Positions 25,006-36,454 of a stretch of DNA of 64,000 bases are shown in pieces. The translations under genes were made by a program, and so were the position numbers. Source of the stretch: Adineta vaga. Its lineage: Eukaryota > Animalia > Rotifera. The stretch spans positions 17,236,001 through 17,300,000 of the forward strand of contig CP075493.1 of the NCBI GenBank assembly GCA_021613535.1, written 5' to 3'. The notes beneath the pieces are model-generated. The model saw nothing but the letters and a program-made list of their open reading frames with translations. It was not told the origin of the DNA and did no database searches. Within the stretch, counting starts at the first letter, position 1. Each line of letters opens with the position of its first letter.

Positions 25006-26560
25006 ATGGTTGTTGATAAAACTCTGTATGATTTGCTTGGAGTTGAATCTGATGCATCACAAGAAACAATTACAAAAGTAAAAATTTATAGAATAATTTT
25101 TTTTTGATTTTTTTGTTATTTCATTAGGCTATTCGAAAAAAATCTTTAGAACATCATCCTGATCGTGGTGGAAGTCATGAAATGGTAAATTTATTCAAAT
25201 AATATAGAAATATTTGATTTACTTTTTCTTTTTCTTAAATTTAGATGCAACAAATAAATGCAGCAAAAGAAATCTTAAGTGATCCTGAAAAACGTCAAAT
25301 CTATGATCAATATGGATTAAAAGGAATGAAATCAAGAATGGAAACTCAAGATTTTAATTTTCCGAATAATTGTAAGTTAACTAAAAAAAAAAGCAAATTT
25401 CTTTATCAATTTTTATTTTTATTTCAAGTTTTTGATATATTTAATTTATTTAATCATGAATCAACTCATCGACATACAACTCGAACAAAAAAAGGCGATG
25501 ATATAAAACATGTTCTTCAGTAATAAAACAAAAAGAAAAAGAAAAGAAAATTTTTCTCTTTTTCTTTTTTTAGAGTTACTCTTGAAGAATTATATTCAGG
25601 TAGTACACGTGTTGCTGTTATCAATCGTAATGTTATTTGTGAAAATTGTAATGGTTCTGGTTCTCGTGATGGTATTTCACGTCGTTGTACAAATTGTGAT
25701 GGAATAGGAATAGAAACATCAATTCATCGAACTGGTCCATTTATTCAACAAATACGACGTGAATGTTCATTATGTCATGGAAATGGAAATATGATTGATC
25801 AAAAGAATCGATGTAAAAAATGTTTTGGAAAGAAAATAATTGAAGAAGAAAAAATTCTCGATGTTAATATTGTACCTGGTAGTGAAGATTGTGAAACAAT
25901 TCAATTTCATGGTCAAGCTCATCAAATTGTAAGTTTTTCGACAAGTTAATTAGATCGATTTCGTTTTATTTTTGAAATTTTTATAGCCAAATGGTACACC
26001 AGGAATTGTATATATTATTCTTAAACAAGAACCTCATAAATATTTTCAAAGAAAAAAAGATAATTTAATAATGAAAATGGATATTAATTTAACTGAATGT
26101 TTATGTGGTTTTCAAAGATTAATTAAATTATTAGATAATCATGAAATATTAATTGATCATCCTTCAGGAAAACCTATTTTACCAAATACTTATCGTTGTT
26201 TAAAAGGTTATGGAATGCCAAATAGACATAGACATTTATATGGAGATTTAATTATACAATTTCATATTAAATTTCCTGATGAAAATAATTTTCATTTAAC
26301 TGATAATCAACGACTTGTAAGTTATTTGAGGGTTTTTTTTTCTTAATTTTCATTTAAAATAATATTGATTTATTTTTTAGCAATTAGAATCAATTCTTCC
26401 AGATAAAAAACAAATTCATTTAAATAATACACAAGATTATGAAAAACCTGAAATGATCAAATATAATATGAACGAAAAAGAAGAAGAGGAAGATAATGAT
26501 GATCAAGAAGATCATTTCTATCAACATTCACAAAATGGTGTTCGTTGTCAACAACAATAA
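25006..26560 (+). CDS. Type I DnaJ/Hsp40 co-chaperone (DNAJA family), multi-exon
   Basis: MVVDKTLYDLLGV start, HPD motif, CxxCxGxG zinc-finger repeats (CENCNGSG, CTNCDGIG, CSLCHGNG, CKKCFGKK), C-terminal CaaX-like CQQQ; short GT-AG introns. Confidence 0.92.
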
Positions 26561-26864
26561 AAATTGTTTTTTTTTAAGAATTATATTTAAAAAGATTTTT
26601 AAGAAATGTTAAATTAAATTTTGAATTTATATAAAAAAATGTCAAGTAACAAGGTCATTTGAACATAACATATCCATGTAAAAAAAAATCATTGTAAATA
26701 TTTACATGAAATCTTGTTGATTTTATGGGTGAAAACGAAGAAGAAAAAAAAATGATTTTATTCTTTTACAAAAAAAAAACGTTTTTTAGATGTTGAATAA
26801 TGATTTTCAAAAAGAACTTATTCAATTTGTTTTTAGTCTTACTGAATGTTTTGTTAATCGATTA

Positions 26865-27038
26865 TGTTAACGTAGTAGCTCTCGAAATTCTATCTTTTTC
26901 TCTCTCTCTCTATCTACCTTGTTATCTTTGTTTTCTATTCTTCTATACATATATATATATGTGTGTTCTTGTATGAAGAAGTTAGTTAGGTTTTTATTTT
27001 ATATAAATAAACATCGTCAGCTCGAATACGAGCTAACA
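26865..27038 (+). repeat. 5' LTR (174 bp)
   Basis: TGTTAACG...GCTAACA; appears identical to the 3' LTR; contains TATA-like and AATAAA signals. Confidence 0.97.
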
Positions 27039-27041
27039 TAT

Positions 27042-27056
27042 TGGTGCCGTGACCGG
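27042..27056 (+). promoter_or_regulatory. Primer-binding site complementary to the tRNA-His 3' end
   Basis: TGGTGCCGTGACCGG, 3 nt after the LTR; complement of ...GTCACGGCACCA. Confidence 0.85.
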
Positions 27057-27387
27057 TCTTTTTCTATTTTTTTTCCATCGAAAAAGAATCAAGTACCAGG
27101 TCTTTATAAACTCATCCTTCATCAGGAAAGAGTGATTATTATTTCATCCGTGACGGAAAGAGAGTCAGGTGAATTCATCAATCAAAATTATTCAGTCGAA
27201 GAAGGTATAGTATTCTTCACATATACGATTCGCTTTCATTCTTTGAAAATATCTATACGAACACGGCTGACGGCATTCGAAGAAGAACAAAGAGAATAAG
27301 TGCAAACCTTTATCCATACGAAATAATAACGTAATCATCAAAACAAACACGTCGGCAAAACACACGAAAAATTTGTCTATACACAAC

Positions 27388-28357
27388 ATGACGAAAGACA
27401 CCGCATTAAACAATACCTCGACGAACGAAACGCACTCGGACGATACGATGACGAAAAACACCTCGATGCTGATGGGAGCAACGAAAAATACCTCGACCGA
27501 TGTGAACTCGATGGAACTTCGACAATTACATTCCAGTCAACAGGAAGCCATGAAGAAAATTAATGAGTATTCGGGAGAATCTAATGAATTGGATATTGAT
27601 GAATGGTTATATGATTTAACTAATTTATTCTCGCTAATGCAATTACAAGATGAAACAAAAATATTGTTGACGATGGGATCAAGGAAATTTAACATCATTT
27701 GGTGATTGGAAGGAAGCAGAAGAAGCATTACGAGATCGATTCAAAACATTCACGTCAGATGGTCAATTAGTACAAGAATTCTTCCAGCTTCGACAAGAAG
27801 AAGATCAATCAACTACAGCATTTTACGATATGGTTATGCGCAAATATCGAAAAGCAAGTGGATTAGTTACTGAAAAACAAATCATTACGGTACTACAAGC
27901 AGGTGTGAAACATTCATTGAAGGAACAATTAATTCGAAATGAAGTTAACATCTCGAAACCCGAAGAATGGCTGCTGATGGCAAGGGAAGAAGAACATATA
28001 CAACGACGAATTCAACAACGCAATACACCACCACGAGCAGCAACACAGATACCATATTTCGAATCAACATTACCTACGGCAACAATTCAACAATCATCAT
28101 CGCATCGCCGATACGCACAACAACATACCGGTGGAAATCAACAGGAATATCAACCATATGAACGACGTTCAAGTACAGTACGACAACAACCAAATAATCG
28201 ACGGAACACGACTCAACAGTCGAAACCATGTTTAATCTGCAATCGAACGAACCATTCGACGATGCAATGCTTCTATAAGAAGGAAGATGGTTGCTTTAGA
28301 TGTGGACAGTCAAATCATCGAATACGTGATTGTCCGCAACGTTATTTTTTCGAGTAA
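27388..28357 (+). CDS. gag: gag with two CCHC zinc knuckles; frameshifted near 27678
   Basis: CLICNRTNHSTMQC and CFRCGQSNHRIRDC knuckles. Frame switches from 'ETKILLTMG' to 'QGNLTSFGDWKEAEEALRDRF', consistent with a small deletion. Confidence 0.85.
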
Positions 28358-28390
28358 AGGGATCGGTTGATGGCGACGATCCTTGGGGAG
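28345..28390 (+). promoter_or_regulatory. -1 ribosomal frameshift signal between gag and pol
   Basis: Slippery heptamer T TTT TTC (28345-28351) in the gag frame, followed by stem AGGGATCG...CGATCCTT; pol is in the -1 frame. Confidence 0.8.
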
Positions 28391-31300
28391 TTCAAAAGTC
28401 ATCATCATCGACAACAACATCAACATCAGCACTTACAACAACAACTGCAACATACAATCCAATCTTTGTCAAAATCTTATGCAATAATACTCCACAAGAA
28501 GCACTAATCGATACAGGATCGGCCATCACAATAATTCACAAACGTCTATTGAACAAGATCCCGCACAAACAATTTATACCACGACTAAAGAATCATCTAT
28601 CAGCCAGTTGCTCAGCAGTGAACATTATCGGCGAAGTAACATTATTCATCAACATCGAAGGAATTACGACTCAAGTGACTGCTGATGTAGCAACAAATCT
28701 CGTTACAAATTTAATACTTGGTAGTGATTGGATCCAAACAAACAATGTATACATATTAACTCCCGAAAAGCGAATTATGATGAAAAAACGAGGTAGAGAA
28801 GTATCAACTCCTTTTATAAAACCACCAATTTTGAACTATCCAGCAACACTAGTTAATTACATTACACTTTCTCCTTTTTCAGAACATGTTATCGAAGCTC
28901 AACTACAACAAGAGAAGATGATCGATGCATTGTTTGAACCAAATCCTTGTTTACAACGTAAAGCATTATTTATGGCACGTACATTACTTAATATCAACGA
29001 TGGAAAAGCCACGATTAGTATCATAAATGCAACGAATCGACGACAAACACTTTCGGAAGGTACACGGATCGGTATGGTGACGCAGATGGCAAACTCAGTT
29101 AATTTTATAATACCATCGCACCATCCCGACGAACGCATTCCGAAAGGAAAAGCGTATGAACAGCTCATTCCGAAAGGAAAAGCGTATGAACAGCTCATTC
29201 CGAAAGGAAAAGTAGCGAAGGAAGGAATTAGCAATGCCAGTTCGGAAAATCTACAGACAACAACAGCAGACGACATCGAACACAAATGTCGAAACTGTTC
29301 ACAACTATTCGTCGCAAAGAATGATTTATTCAAACACCTGCGTGAACAATGTTATCCTGATGAAATACGGGAACAAATTGGAAAATTAACTTCACATATT
29401 TCCGACAATACGCAACGAAACAAGATCACGAATGTCCTATGGAGATACGGAAATTTATTCGATCTTCGACAACCATCAAAGATTGACATTATTTTGAAGA
29501 ATGCAATCGACACAGGTATTCATAGACCAGTACATACTCCACCATATCGCAAATCCAACAGAGACCAAGAAACATTACGTGAAGAAACACAAAAACTACT
29601 GGAAGATGATATTATTGAACATTCAACGTCGCCATGGTCATCACCTGTAGTACTAGTTAAAAAGAAAGATGGAACAACAAGATTTTGTGTAGATTATCGT
29701 CGACTCAATCAAATTACAACTAAAGATGCTTTTCCATTACCACGAATTGATGATATTTATGATCAATTAACCCAAGCAACATATTTTAGCAAATTTGATT
29801 TCAAAGCAGGTTATTTTCAAGTACCATTAGACAAAGCCGATCGACCAAAAACAGCATTTTCTACAAGAGATGGTCATTTCCAATTCAAAGTATTACCACA
29901 AGGACTTACAAATGGACCACCAACTTTTCAACGAATTGTCAATCAAATACTCGGTCCGAATCGATGGAAGCACATGTTGGCATACATCGATGATATTATA
30001 ATATATTCACGAACATTTCTTGAACATGTACAACATATTGAAGAAGTATGTTTATTACTGAATGACGCAAATTTCAAGTTAAATATAGTAAAATGTGAAA
30101 TCGCACGTACAGAAATATTATTTCTCGGACACATCATCAAGCAAGGTACAATTCAACCAGATCCAGAAAATATTCGTGATTTAGCAGCTGTTCGTGACCC
30201 AACATCAGCAGAAGAGGCATTCCGATTCGTCAAAGCGGCGGAATATTATCGCAAATTCATTCCAAAATTCTCGATCATTGCAGCACCACTACACAAATAT
30301 TCACCAACAACATTACAACAGCAGAAGAATAACAAGAAAATAAAATTCGAATTAACAGAAGAAGCACGAACAGCATTTCATCAACTGAAGCACATCTTAA
30401 CAACGGATCTTATCCTCAATTTACCTGATGATGATATGCAATTTAAATTACAAACGGATGCAAGTGTCGATGGAATTGGTGCTGTTCTATTACAAATTAC
30501 ACCAAATGGTGATCGACCACTAGCATACATGTCGAAGAAATTAACCAAAACACAAATTAACTGGCCTACCATCGAACAAGAATGTTATGCAATCGTTCAA
30601 GCTGTGGAGAAATGGGACAAATATCTTCGTGGACAGGAATTTATTTTAGAAACAGATCATGAACCATTAGTCCACTTCAACAACAAAGAACAACTGAACA
30701 AAAGGTGTGAACGTTGGCGATTACGACTAGCTGAATATCGATTCAAGGTGAAGCATATACAAGGTAAGAAGAATAATATGGCAGATTATTTATCTAGATC
30801 ACCGGTGGAAATAGCTCATGAAGATAACGACGACCAACTCCAATATGAAACGAAATCAACACAAACAGAAACATCATCACCAACGTCCAACCATGAACAT
30901 CCACCTGTACGAATAATCACAGCTATTACACGAGCTCAAGCAAAATTACAACAGCAGAATGAGCTCATCCCGCAAGGGAAAGAAGCGAAAACTCAATCGG
31001 AGGATGATCCGAATCGGATCATACCCTTTGATTTGGACGATCTCAGGGAAGCGCAGGAACGAGATGATGTCGTGAAACAAATTAAAACCAACATCAACAA
31101 ACAAAAGCAATATACAATAGAAGACGGATTATTATTACGAAGACAAAAATCATCAATTTTAGCAGTACCATTTGTTCCACAGGGAAGAATGCGTGCTGAT
31201 ATTTTGAAAATTTATCATGATACACCTGGTAATGGTGCACATTTTGGTCGTGACAAAACAGTACGAAAAATACAAGAACGATATTACTGGCCAACAATGA

Positions 31301-32256
31301 CAGCAGATATTGAAAATCATGTCAAATCCTGTCTACCATGTGCACAGAACAATCATCGTCGTCAAAAACCACCAGGAAAATTACAATCGATACCACCACC
31401 TGATGGAATATGGAAATTACTTAGTATGGATTTCCATGGACCAATAAATCCAACAACACGACGAGGTAATCGATACATTATATCATTAACCGATGTCTTA
31501 TCAAAATTTGTCGTAACAAAAGCAGTTCGTGATTGTTCAGCAAAAACAACAGTTGATTTTCTTACCAACGATGTTATCTTGAAATATGGAACACCAACAT
31601 GCATGTTAACTGATAATGGTACTCACTTCACAGCAGAAACAACGAACAATTTACTTAAGAACCTTGGTGTCACTCATTTATATACAACAGCTTATCATCC
31701 ACAAACAAATGGACAAATTGAACGTTTTAATGCAACAATGGACGGAAAAATAGCATCATTATGCAATGATCAACGTACAGATTGGGATGAAATATTGCAA
31801 TTCGTTACATTTAATTACAATACATCCATACATGCAACAACAAAACATACACCATTTGAAATGATGCACGGTCGACAAGCTAGTCTTCCGTTCGATCAAC
31901 AACGAGCACTTATTTCACTTACAAACGACACTGAACATGGAGAAAAACTTCGAAATTACCTGGAAAAATTAACAGACGATGCACGAAAAAATATTCAAAA
32001 ATCTCAGCAACAATATAAGACTCGATATGATCAACATCGACAAGAGTTATCGATCAAAATTAATGATTTAGTCCTGATTAAAACCAGAAGTTTTCGAAAC
32101 AAATTCGATATTAGGTACGAAGGTCCATTTCGAATTATCGAACAATTAGGAAGAAAAACATTCATTGTACAACATGTGAAGAAAACAACATTAACAAAAC
32201 AAGTTACAATGGATGTCATCGTTCCATTAGTAGAACGATGGAATTTACATGACTAA
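28345..32256 (+). CDS. pol: pol polyprotein (aspartic protease, reverse transcriptase, RNase H, integrase)
   Basis: LIDTGSA, YIDD, TDASVDGIG, HHCC (H..GAH..CLPC), SMDFHGP/TDNG/QIERFN DDE, GPF; uninterrupted ORF. Confidence 0.97.
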   Translation, partial: FFRVKGSVDGDDPWGVQKSSSSTTTSTSALTTTTATYNPIFVKILCNNTPQEALIDTGSAITIIHKRLLNKIPHKQFIPRLKNHLSASCSAVNIIGEVTLFINIEGITTQVTADVATNLVTNLILGSDWIQTNNVYILTPEKRIMMKKRGREVSTPFIKPPILNYPATLVNYITLSPFSEHVIEAQLQQEKMIDALFEPNPCLQRKALFMARTLLNINDGKATISIINATNRRQTLSEGTRIGMVTQMANSVNFIIPSHHPDERIPKGKAYEQLIPKGKAYEQLIPKGKVAKEGISNASSENLQTTTADDIEHKCRNCSQLFVAKNDLFKHLREQCYPDEIREQIGKLTSHISDNTQRNKITNVLWRYGNLFDLRQPSKIDIILKNAIDTGIHRPVHTPPYRKSNRDQETLREETQKLLEDDIIEHSTSPWSSPVVLVKKKDGTTRFCVDYRRLNQITTKDAFPLPRIDDIYDQLTQATYFSKFDFKAGYFQVPLDKADRPKTAFSTRDGHFQFKVLPQGLTNGPPTFQRIVNQILGPNRWKHMLAYIDDIIIYSRTFLEHVQHIEEVCLLLNDANFKLNIVKCEIARTEILFLGHIIKQGTIQPDPENIRDLAAVRDPTSAEEAFRFVKAAEYYRKFIPKFSIIAAPLHKYSPTTLQQQKNNKKIKFELTEEARTAFHQLKHILTTDLILNLPDDDMQFKLQTDASVDGIGAVLLQITPNGDRPLAYMSKKLTKTQINWPTIEQECYAIVQAVEKWDKYLRGQEFILETDHEPLVHFNNKEQLNKRCERWRLRLAEYRFKVKHIQGKKNNMADYLSRSPVEIAHEDNDDQLQYETKSTQTETSSPTSNHEHPPVRIITAITRAQAKLQQQNELIPQGKEAKTQSEDDPNRIIPFDLDDLREAQERDDVVKQIKTNINKQKQYTIEDGLLLRRQKSSILAVPFVPQGRMRADILKIYHDTPGNGAHFGRDKTVRKIQERYYWPTMTADIENHVKSCLPCAQNNHRRQKPPGKLQSIPPPDGIWKLLSMDFHGPINPTTRRGNRYIISLTDVLSKFVVTKAVRDCSAKTTVDFLTNDVILKYGTPTCMLTDNGTHFTAETTNNLLKNLGVTHLYTTAYHPQTNGQIERFNATMDGKIASLCNDQRTDWDEILQFVTFNYNTSIHATTKHTPFEMMHGRQASLPFDQQRALISLTNDTEHGEKLRNYLEKLTDDARKNIQKSQQQYKTRYDQHRQELSIKINDLVLIKTRSFRNKFDIRYEGPFRIIEQLGRKTFIVQHVKKTTLTKQVTMDVIVPLVERWNLHD

Positions 32257-32890
32257 ACACATCCCACTAGGGAAAGGTGTAAATCGACTGTGAACATAAT
32301 TGACTTCATTAAAATGTATATTTATATTTATATGAATAAAATACATGAATTTGATTTAGCAGATCATGTCGGGGAGATAGGTTTCCCCTTCTCACTGATA
32401 AGATGGGGCTATCAAAGACATATATATATATCACATAGTTATATATGTATAAGCGACATCTATTTTTTTCTATTCATATGAACATTTAATCGATATATCA
32501 TGGCGATCACGCGCAGACGACATGATACGACGGATGATCCATATGGACGAAGCCGATTACCTTACAAGAACACGACACGGTCGATCTCACCACATCACAG
32601 AACAGGAAAGAAAAAGATGTAAACAAGATCATATAGTCATGCCACTTTCATCTATACGCGTATATGACGACGCGAGTATTTATATATATATATATATATA
32701 ACGGACAGGAAAGAAAGAAAAAAGGACAACAAAGGAATGAAAAATTTTAGGAAACGAAAAACAAAAGCATGGAAAATTACGAAGAAAAACAGAAGAAAGA
32801 AGAACGAAAGGATAACCTTTCACCGGAGTGACCGTCGCTAGACTATCAAGTAAATCACTTTATTTACTTTATTTATTTTCTAATAGTAGA

Positions 32891-34426
32891 ATGCACTCAA
32901 CAAAATCACCAAAATCAAGCTGGATGAGAAACCAACGACAGATGGAGAAGAATGAAGAACTTCGAGGATTACATCCCGAATATCGTCCATCAGCAAATCT
33001 CGAAATTGTCCACGTACATCATCGATCGACCATACAATCAATCGAAGAATTAATAAAAAAGGCAATACAAACAAGAAGATTCGTCGTCGATACAGAATCT
33101 CAATGGAAAATATTACGAAAAGGTGAACCTCGAACAAATGGAGCTTTGATCCAAATCCAGATGATACATTCACCAAGCAAGTCAACAGTGGTCATCATCG
33201 AAACATGTTATCTACCAGGCACAACATCAACGTTATACAAGAAAATCAAACAATTGTGTGACACCATCTTCGACAACAACAATGAAATTATCACATGGGG
33301 ACCAATCGAGCAAGAATTTGAGCCTTTTCATCATTTAAATTTCATTCATTTAGGAGCAATTCGTGAATGTGACTTGCAATTCTACATTAGCAATCCAAGT
33401 CAAATTTATGATTCGCATCCAGAAATGGAAAGGCGAGAGACAACCGGAAATGTGTCGATGGAAATCAACACACCTGGTGATGAACTTATCGTCGATGTGG
33501 ACGAGGATGATTTGTGGAACTTCGACGATAATCTCGGTAATTTTCGGAAGAAAGAAAAACTGAATCCACCTTTAGGTTTACAAACCGTCGTGGCCGAAAA
33601 CTTCAACAAATTTCTGGACAAATCGTACACAAAAAATGAATGGAACTGTGGATTAGATCTTCATTTGGGAACATGGCAAGAAAAACGATTTAGCAAAGGT
33701 CAATATGATAAATATCAAGAACAACAAGAACGTACAGAAATGATACGATATGCCGTCAACGATTGTGCATCGGTTGCTGAACTTTACTTTGAAAAATATC
33801 CGGAAACAACGAACGATTACTTGACACCACCAGAAACGCCAACAACAACAATCATTCAAATTTCACACCTGAACACAATCTCCTCTTCGAATGAACAAGA
33901 ATTAAGTCAACGATCAAAATCAAATCATGGTGAGACATTGACTAAAAAAGAAATGTATTTAGATCGACCAGATTTGTTATTCAAAATGAACGAAGATGAA
34001 CTTGTACAATTTCAACAACCAGTATTCGACAAAGTGGAAGAACCAGTTCAACAAGCACAACAACCAGTTCCACAACAATTTCAACGAACACCTGAAGAAG
34101 AACATCAAAAGAAGAAAGAAAGACAAAGGAAGAAGAACGAAAAATACAAGGAGAAGAAAAGAACTCGTCCAGATTTTATAAATCGTCTAACAAGACCCAT
34201 CTACTACAAATACAACTACCAAAAAATTCGAGCTCAACTGATAGACGATGAAATACATCACACGCATCAAATTAACATTAATGAAGACAAAGATGCAGTG
34301 ACGATCAACTTCAAGTCCCGAGAGTTACTTGAAGCAGCAAGAACAAAAATGCGGGTGAATTATTTTTCAGAAAATCAATACTACAGGAGATGGGGAAGAA
34401 GAAAAGAAGAAAAAAAGAAGAATTAG
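32891..34426 (+). CDS. ORF3: DEDDy (RNase D-like) 3'-5' exonuclease with a charged, coiled-coil-like C-terminal region
   Basis: ExoI 'FVVDTES', ExoII-like 'ECDLQ', ExoIII 'YAVND'; lies between pol and the PPT in the env position. Confidence 0.8.
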   Translation: MHSTKSPKSSWMRNQRQMEKNEELRGLHPEYRPSANLEIVHVHHRSTIQSIEELIKKAIQTRRFVVDTESQWKILRKGEPRTNGALIQIQMIHSPSKSTVVIIETCYLPGTTSTLYKKIKQLCDTIFDNNNEIITWGPIEQEFEPFHHLNFIHLGAIRECDLQFYISNPSQIYDSHPEMERRETTGNVSMEINTPGDELIVDVDEDDLWNFDDNLGNFRKKEKLNPPLGLQTVVAENFNKFLDKSYTKNEWNCGLDLHLGTWQEKRFSKGQYDKYQEQQERTEMIRYAVNDCASVAELYFEKYPETTNDYLTPPETPTTTIIQISHLNTISSSNEQELSQRSKSNHGETLTKKEMYLDRPDLLFKMNEDELVQFQQPVFDKVEEPVQQAQQPVPQQFQRTPEEEHQKKKERQRKKNEKYKEKKRTRPDFINRLTRPIYYKYNYQKIRAQLIDDEIHHTHQININEDKDAVTINFKSRELLEAARTKMRVNYFSENQYYRRWGRRKEEKKKN

Positions 34427-34470
34427 TGGTGGTGGTGATTCACATGTGTGAGGACACACGATCTCATACT

Positions 34471-34482
34471 GGTGGGGAAGAA
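34471..34482 (+). promoter_or_regulatory. Polypurine tract
   Basis: GGTGGGGAAGAA immediately before the 3' LTR. Confidence 0.85.
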
Positions 34483-34656
34483 TGTTAACGTAGTAGCTCT
34501 CGAAATTCTATCTTTTTCTCTCTCTCTCTATCTACCTTGTTATCTTTGTTTTCTATTCTTCTATACATATATATATATGTGTGTTCTTGTATGAAGAAGT
34601 TAGTTAGGTTTTTATTTTATATAAATAAACATCGTCAGCTCGAATACGAGCTAACA
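34483..34656 (+). repeat. 3' LTR (174 bp)
   Basis: Direct repeat of 26865-27038, followed by the GATTA TSD. Confidence 0.97.
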
Positions 34657-35341
34657 GATTATATCTGTAACTATACAAAAAATATATTAACAATATATAT
34701 ATATATATATATATTCTCTACTGAACGAAAAAGTGAATCAATTTAGTATTTAAAATCAATAGAATCTCATCGGCTTACTGAACAAAATATTATTGAAAAG
34801 TAAAAAAAAATTCTTTTTTCTTTTATTAAAATAAATAAATAAATAAATAAATTTAAAAGATATTTTTCTTTAATTAATAATCTAAATGAACCACATCGTT
34901 TAATAACATTTATAAAATATTTAACATATATAATCTCTTATTCTTATTCAATCAATTGTTATTGGTTGTTTTAGTGTATGATTCCATCTATTATGATAGT
35001 ATATACATTAATTCTACAAGATAAGTAAATATTTATATTATTGGATAAAATAAAATAAATAATATATTATAGAATATCATCAAAATATCGAATGCAAAAT
35101 TTAATTCATTCAAAAAGATTATGTAAAAAATATAAGAGAGAATTAATAGTAAATGATTTTATGATTCATTTTAGAATTGAAAGAAAATTTACGAATGAGT
35201 ATTTTTATTGATATAAATCAATTATTTGGTAAATTAAATTAAAAAATAGCATCGTTGTTTTTTTTAAAAATTAGTTCATTATCAATATCAATTTCTTACG
35301 ATATAACATTATTTAATGGAAATGCAAAACGTCATCCAAAA

Positions 35342-35385
35342 TGAGAGTGTGGATGAAGAATATATACTCACACCCATCCATCTCT
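35342..35385. repeat. Telomere-repeat hairpin element (degenerate)
   Basis: TGAGAGTGTGGATG-AAGAATATATACT-CACACCCATCCATCTCT; another degenerate copy at about 36073-36125. Confidence 0.55.
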
Positions 35386-36454
35386 TTCATACACTTCGCA
35401 GTTTTCGCATTTATTATTTACTCTTAAAATAGATTTCTACAAATACGAAATGGCATGTATGATGAGTTGCAATTGAATTTATTCAAAATTTAATCTTTAG
35501 TATAATCTATTCAATGCACGATCTTATACTAAACAAATACATCAACTTGTTTTCAATTATCTTTTTGATAAACAATTAGAAGTTCGAATCGTTGCATCGA
35601 AAAGTCTATCAGGTCTTTATCAATGTAGTTACATTCAAATAACTAATGAAGATTTAGTAAGAATTATAACAATAAAAAGTATAAGAGAGTTTTTATTTGT
35701 TTTTCTATAAAAGGAATATTTTAATACAATGAATCAAATTAATTATTATACGATAATTGTTGATAAAAAAATAATATCAATCGTCATGTTGGTAATGATT
35801 TATATTTTAATATAATATTTAAAAATAGATAAACATCTATTATGGGTATTCTCGGACTTTGTTCTATTGTTCTTGCAAGTCGATATGATATTCCTTGTCA
35901 TATACCAAAAGTATTGATGAAACTTTGTGCACATCATGATTCATGGCATGAACATCGAAAACAATTTACTGATGATCAACGCGTCATTTTAACTGATATG
36001 TTCATTTCTCACACTTACTATGCTTAATATGAAACTAAATTTAATAAATTCACAATGTTCGTTGTAATTGTCTGAGGATAGAATGTGAAGGAGAGTTAAG
36101 AGTATAATTTCATCCACACCTTCAATATTGATCAATGTTTTTTTTGTACTTTTCAAAGTCTTGTCACAAAGTTAACATACAAGAAACTAATTAGACCTAT
36201 AATTAAAGAAACAAAATTGTTAATAGAAATTAATTTCATATTTTTTATTGACATATTCAATATAATTTCTGTTCTATGTAATGCATAAATGAAAATTTTT
36301 TCTCATATATTTTCATCAAAAACGAATTGTTTTTGTTGATTCTAAAAATCAATTTTCTTATTTACTTTATATACCGTTATATATATATGTTTGTAATTTG
36401 ACAGATCAATTTCTCTTTTATTTAAATATTTTCATATACATTATAAAAGAAAAA

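Larger units (their letters stand above)
26865..34656 (+). mobile_element. Full-length Ty3/gypsy LTR retrotransposon with an extra ORF3 (DEDDy exonuclease)
   Basis: TG...CA LTRs at 26865-27038 and 34483-34656, 5-bp TSD GATTA on both sides, PBS, PPT, gag, pol in PR-RT-RH-IN order. Confidence 0.97.
26790..36027 (+). pseudogene. PSME4: Decayed, internally deleted proteasome activator PA200/PSME4 (Blm10) copy, interrupted by the LTR element
   Basis: C-terminus 'HHDSWHEHRKQFTDDQRVILTDMFISHTYYA' has the PA200 YYA end. Other fragments: 'DKQLEVRIVASKSLSGLYQC' (~35570), 'NLNEPHRL' (~34880), 'ESHRLTEQNI' (~34762), and 'LTECFVNRL' just 5' of the LTR. Stops, deletions and lost splice sites throughout. 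Confidence 0.7.

Noticed and set aside
26919-27299. 126-aa ORF and its twin at 34537-34746
   Set aside because: They run through the LTRs and PBS from non-ATG starts; spurious
29136-31020. Hammerhead ribozyme in the pol hairpins
   Set aside because: No CUGANGA core adjacent to the GAAA stems on either strand
28899-33859. Antisense ORFs within pol and ORF3
   Set aside because: Short shadow frames of strongly biased coding sequence, with no motifs
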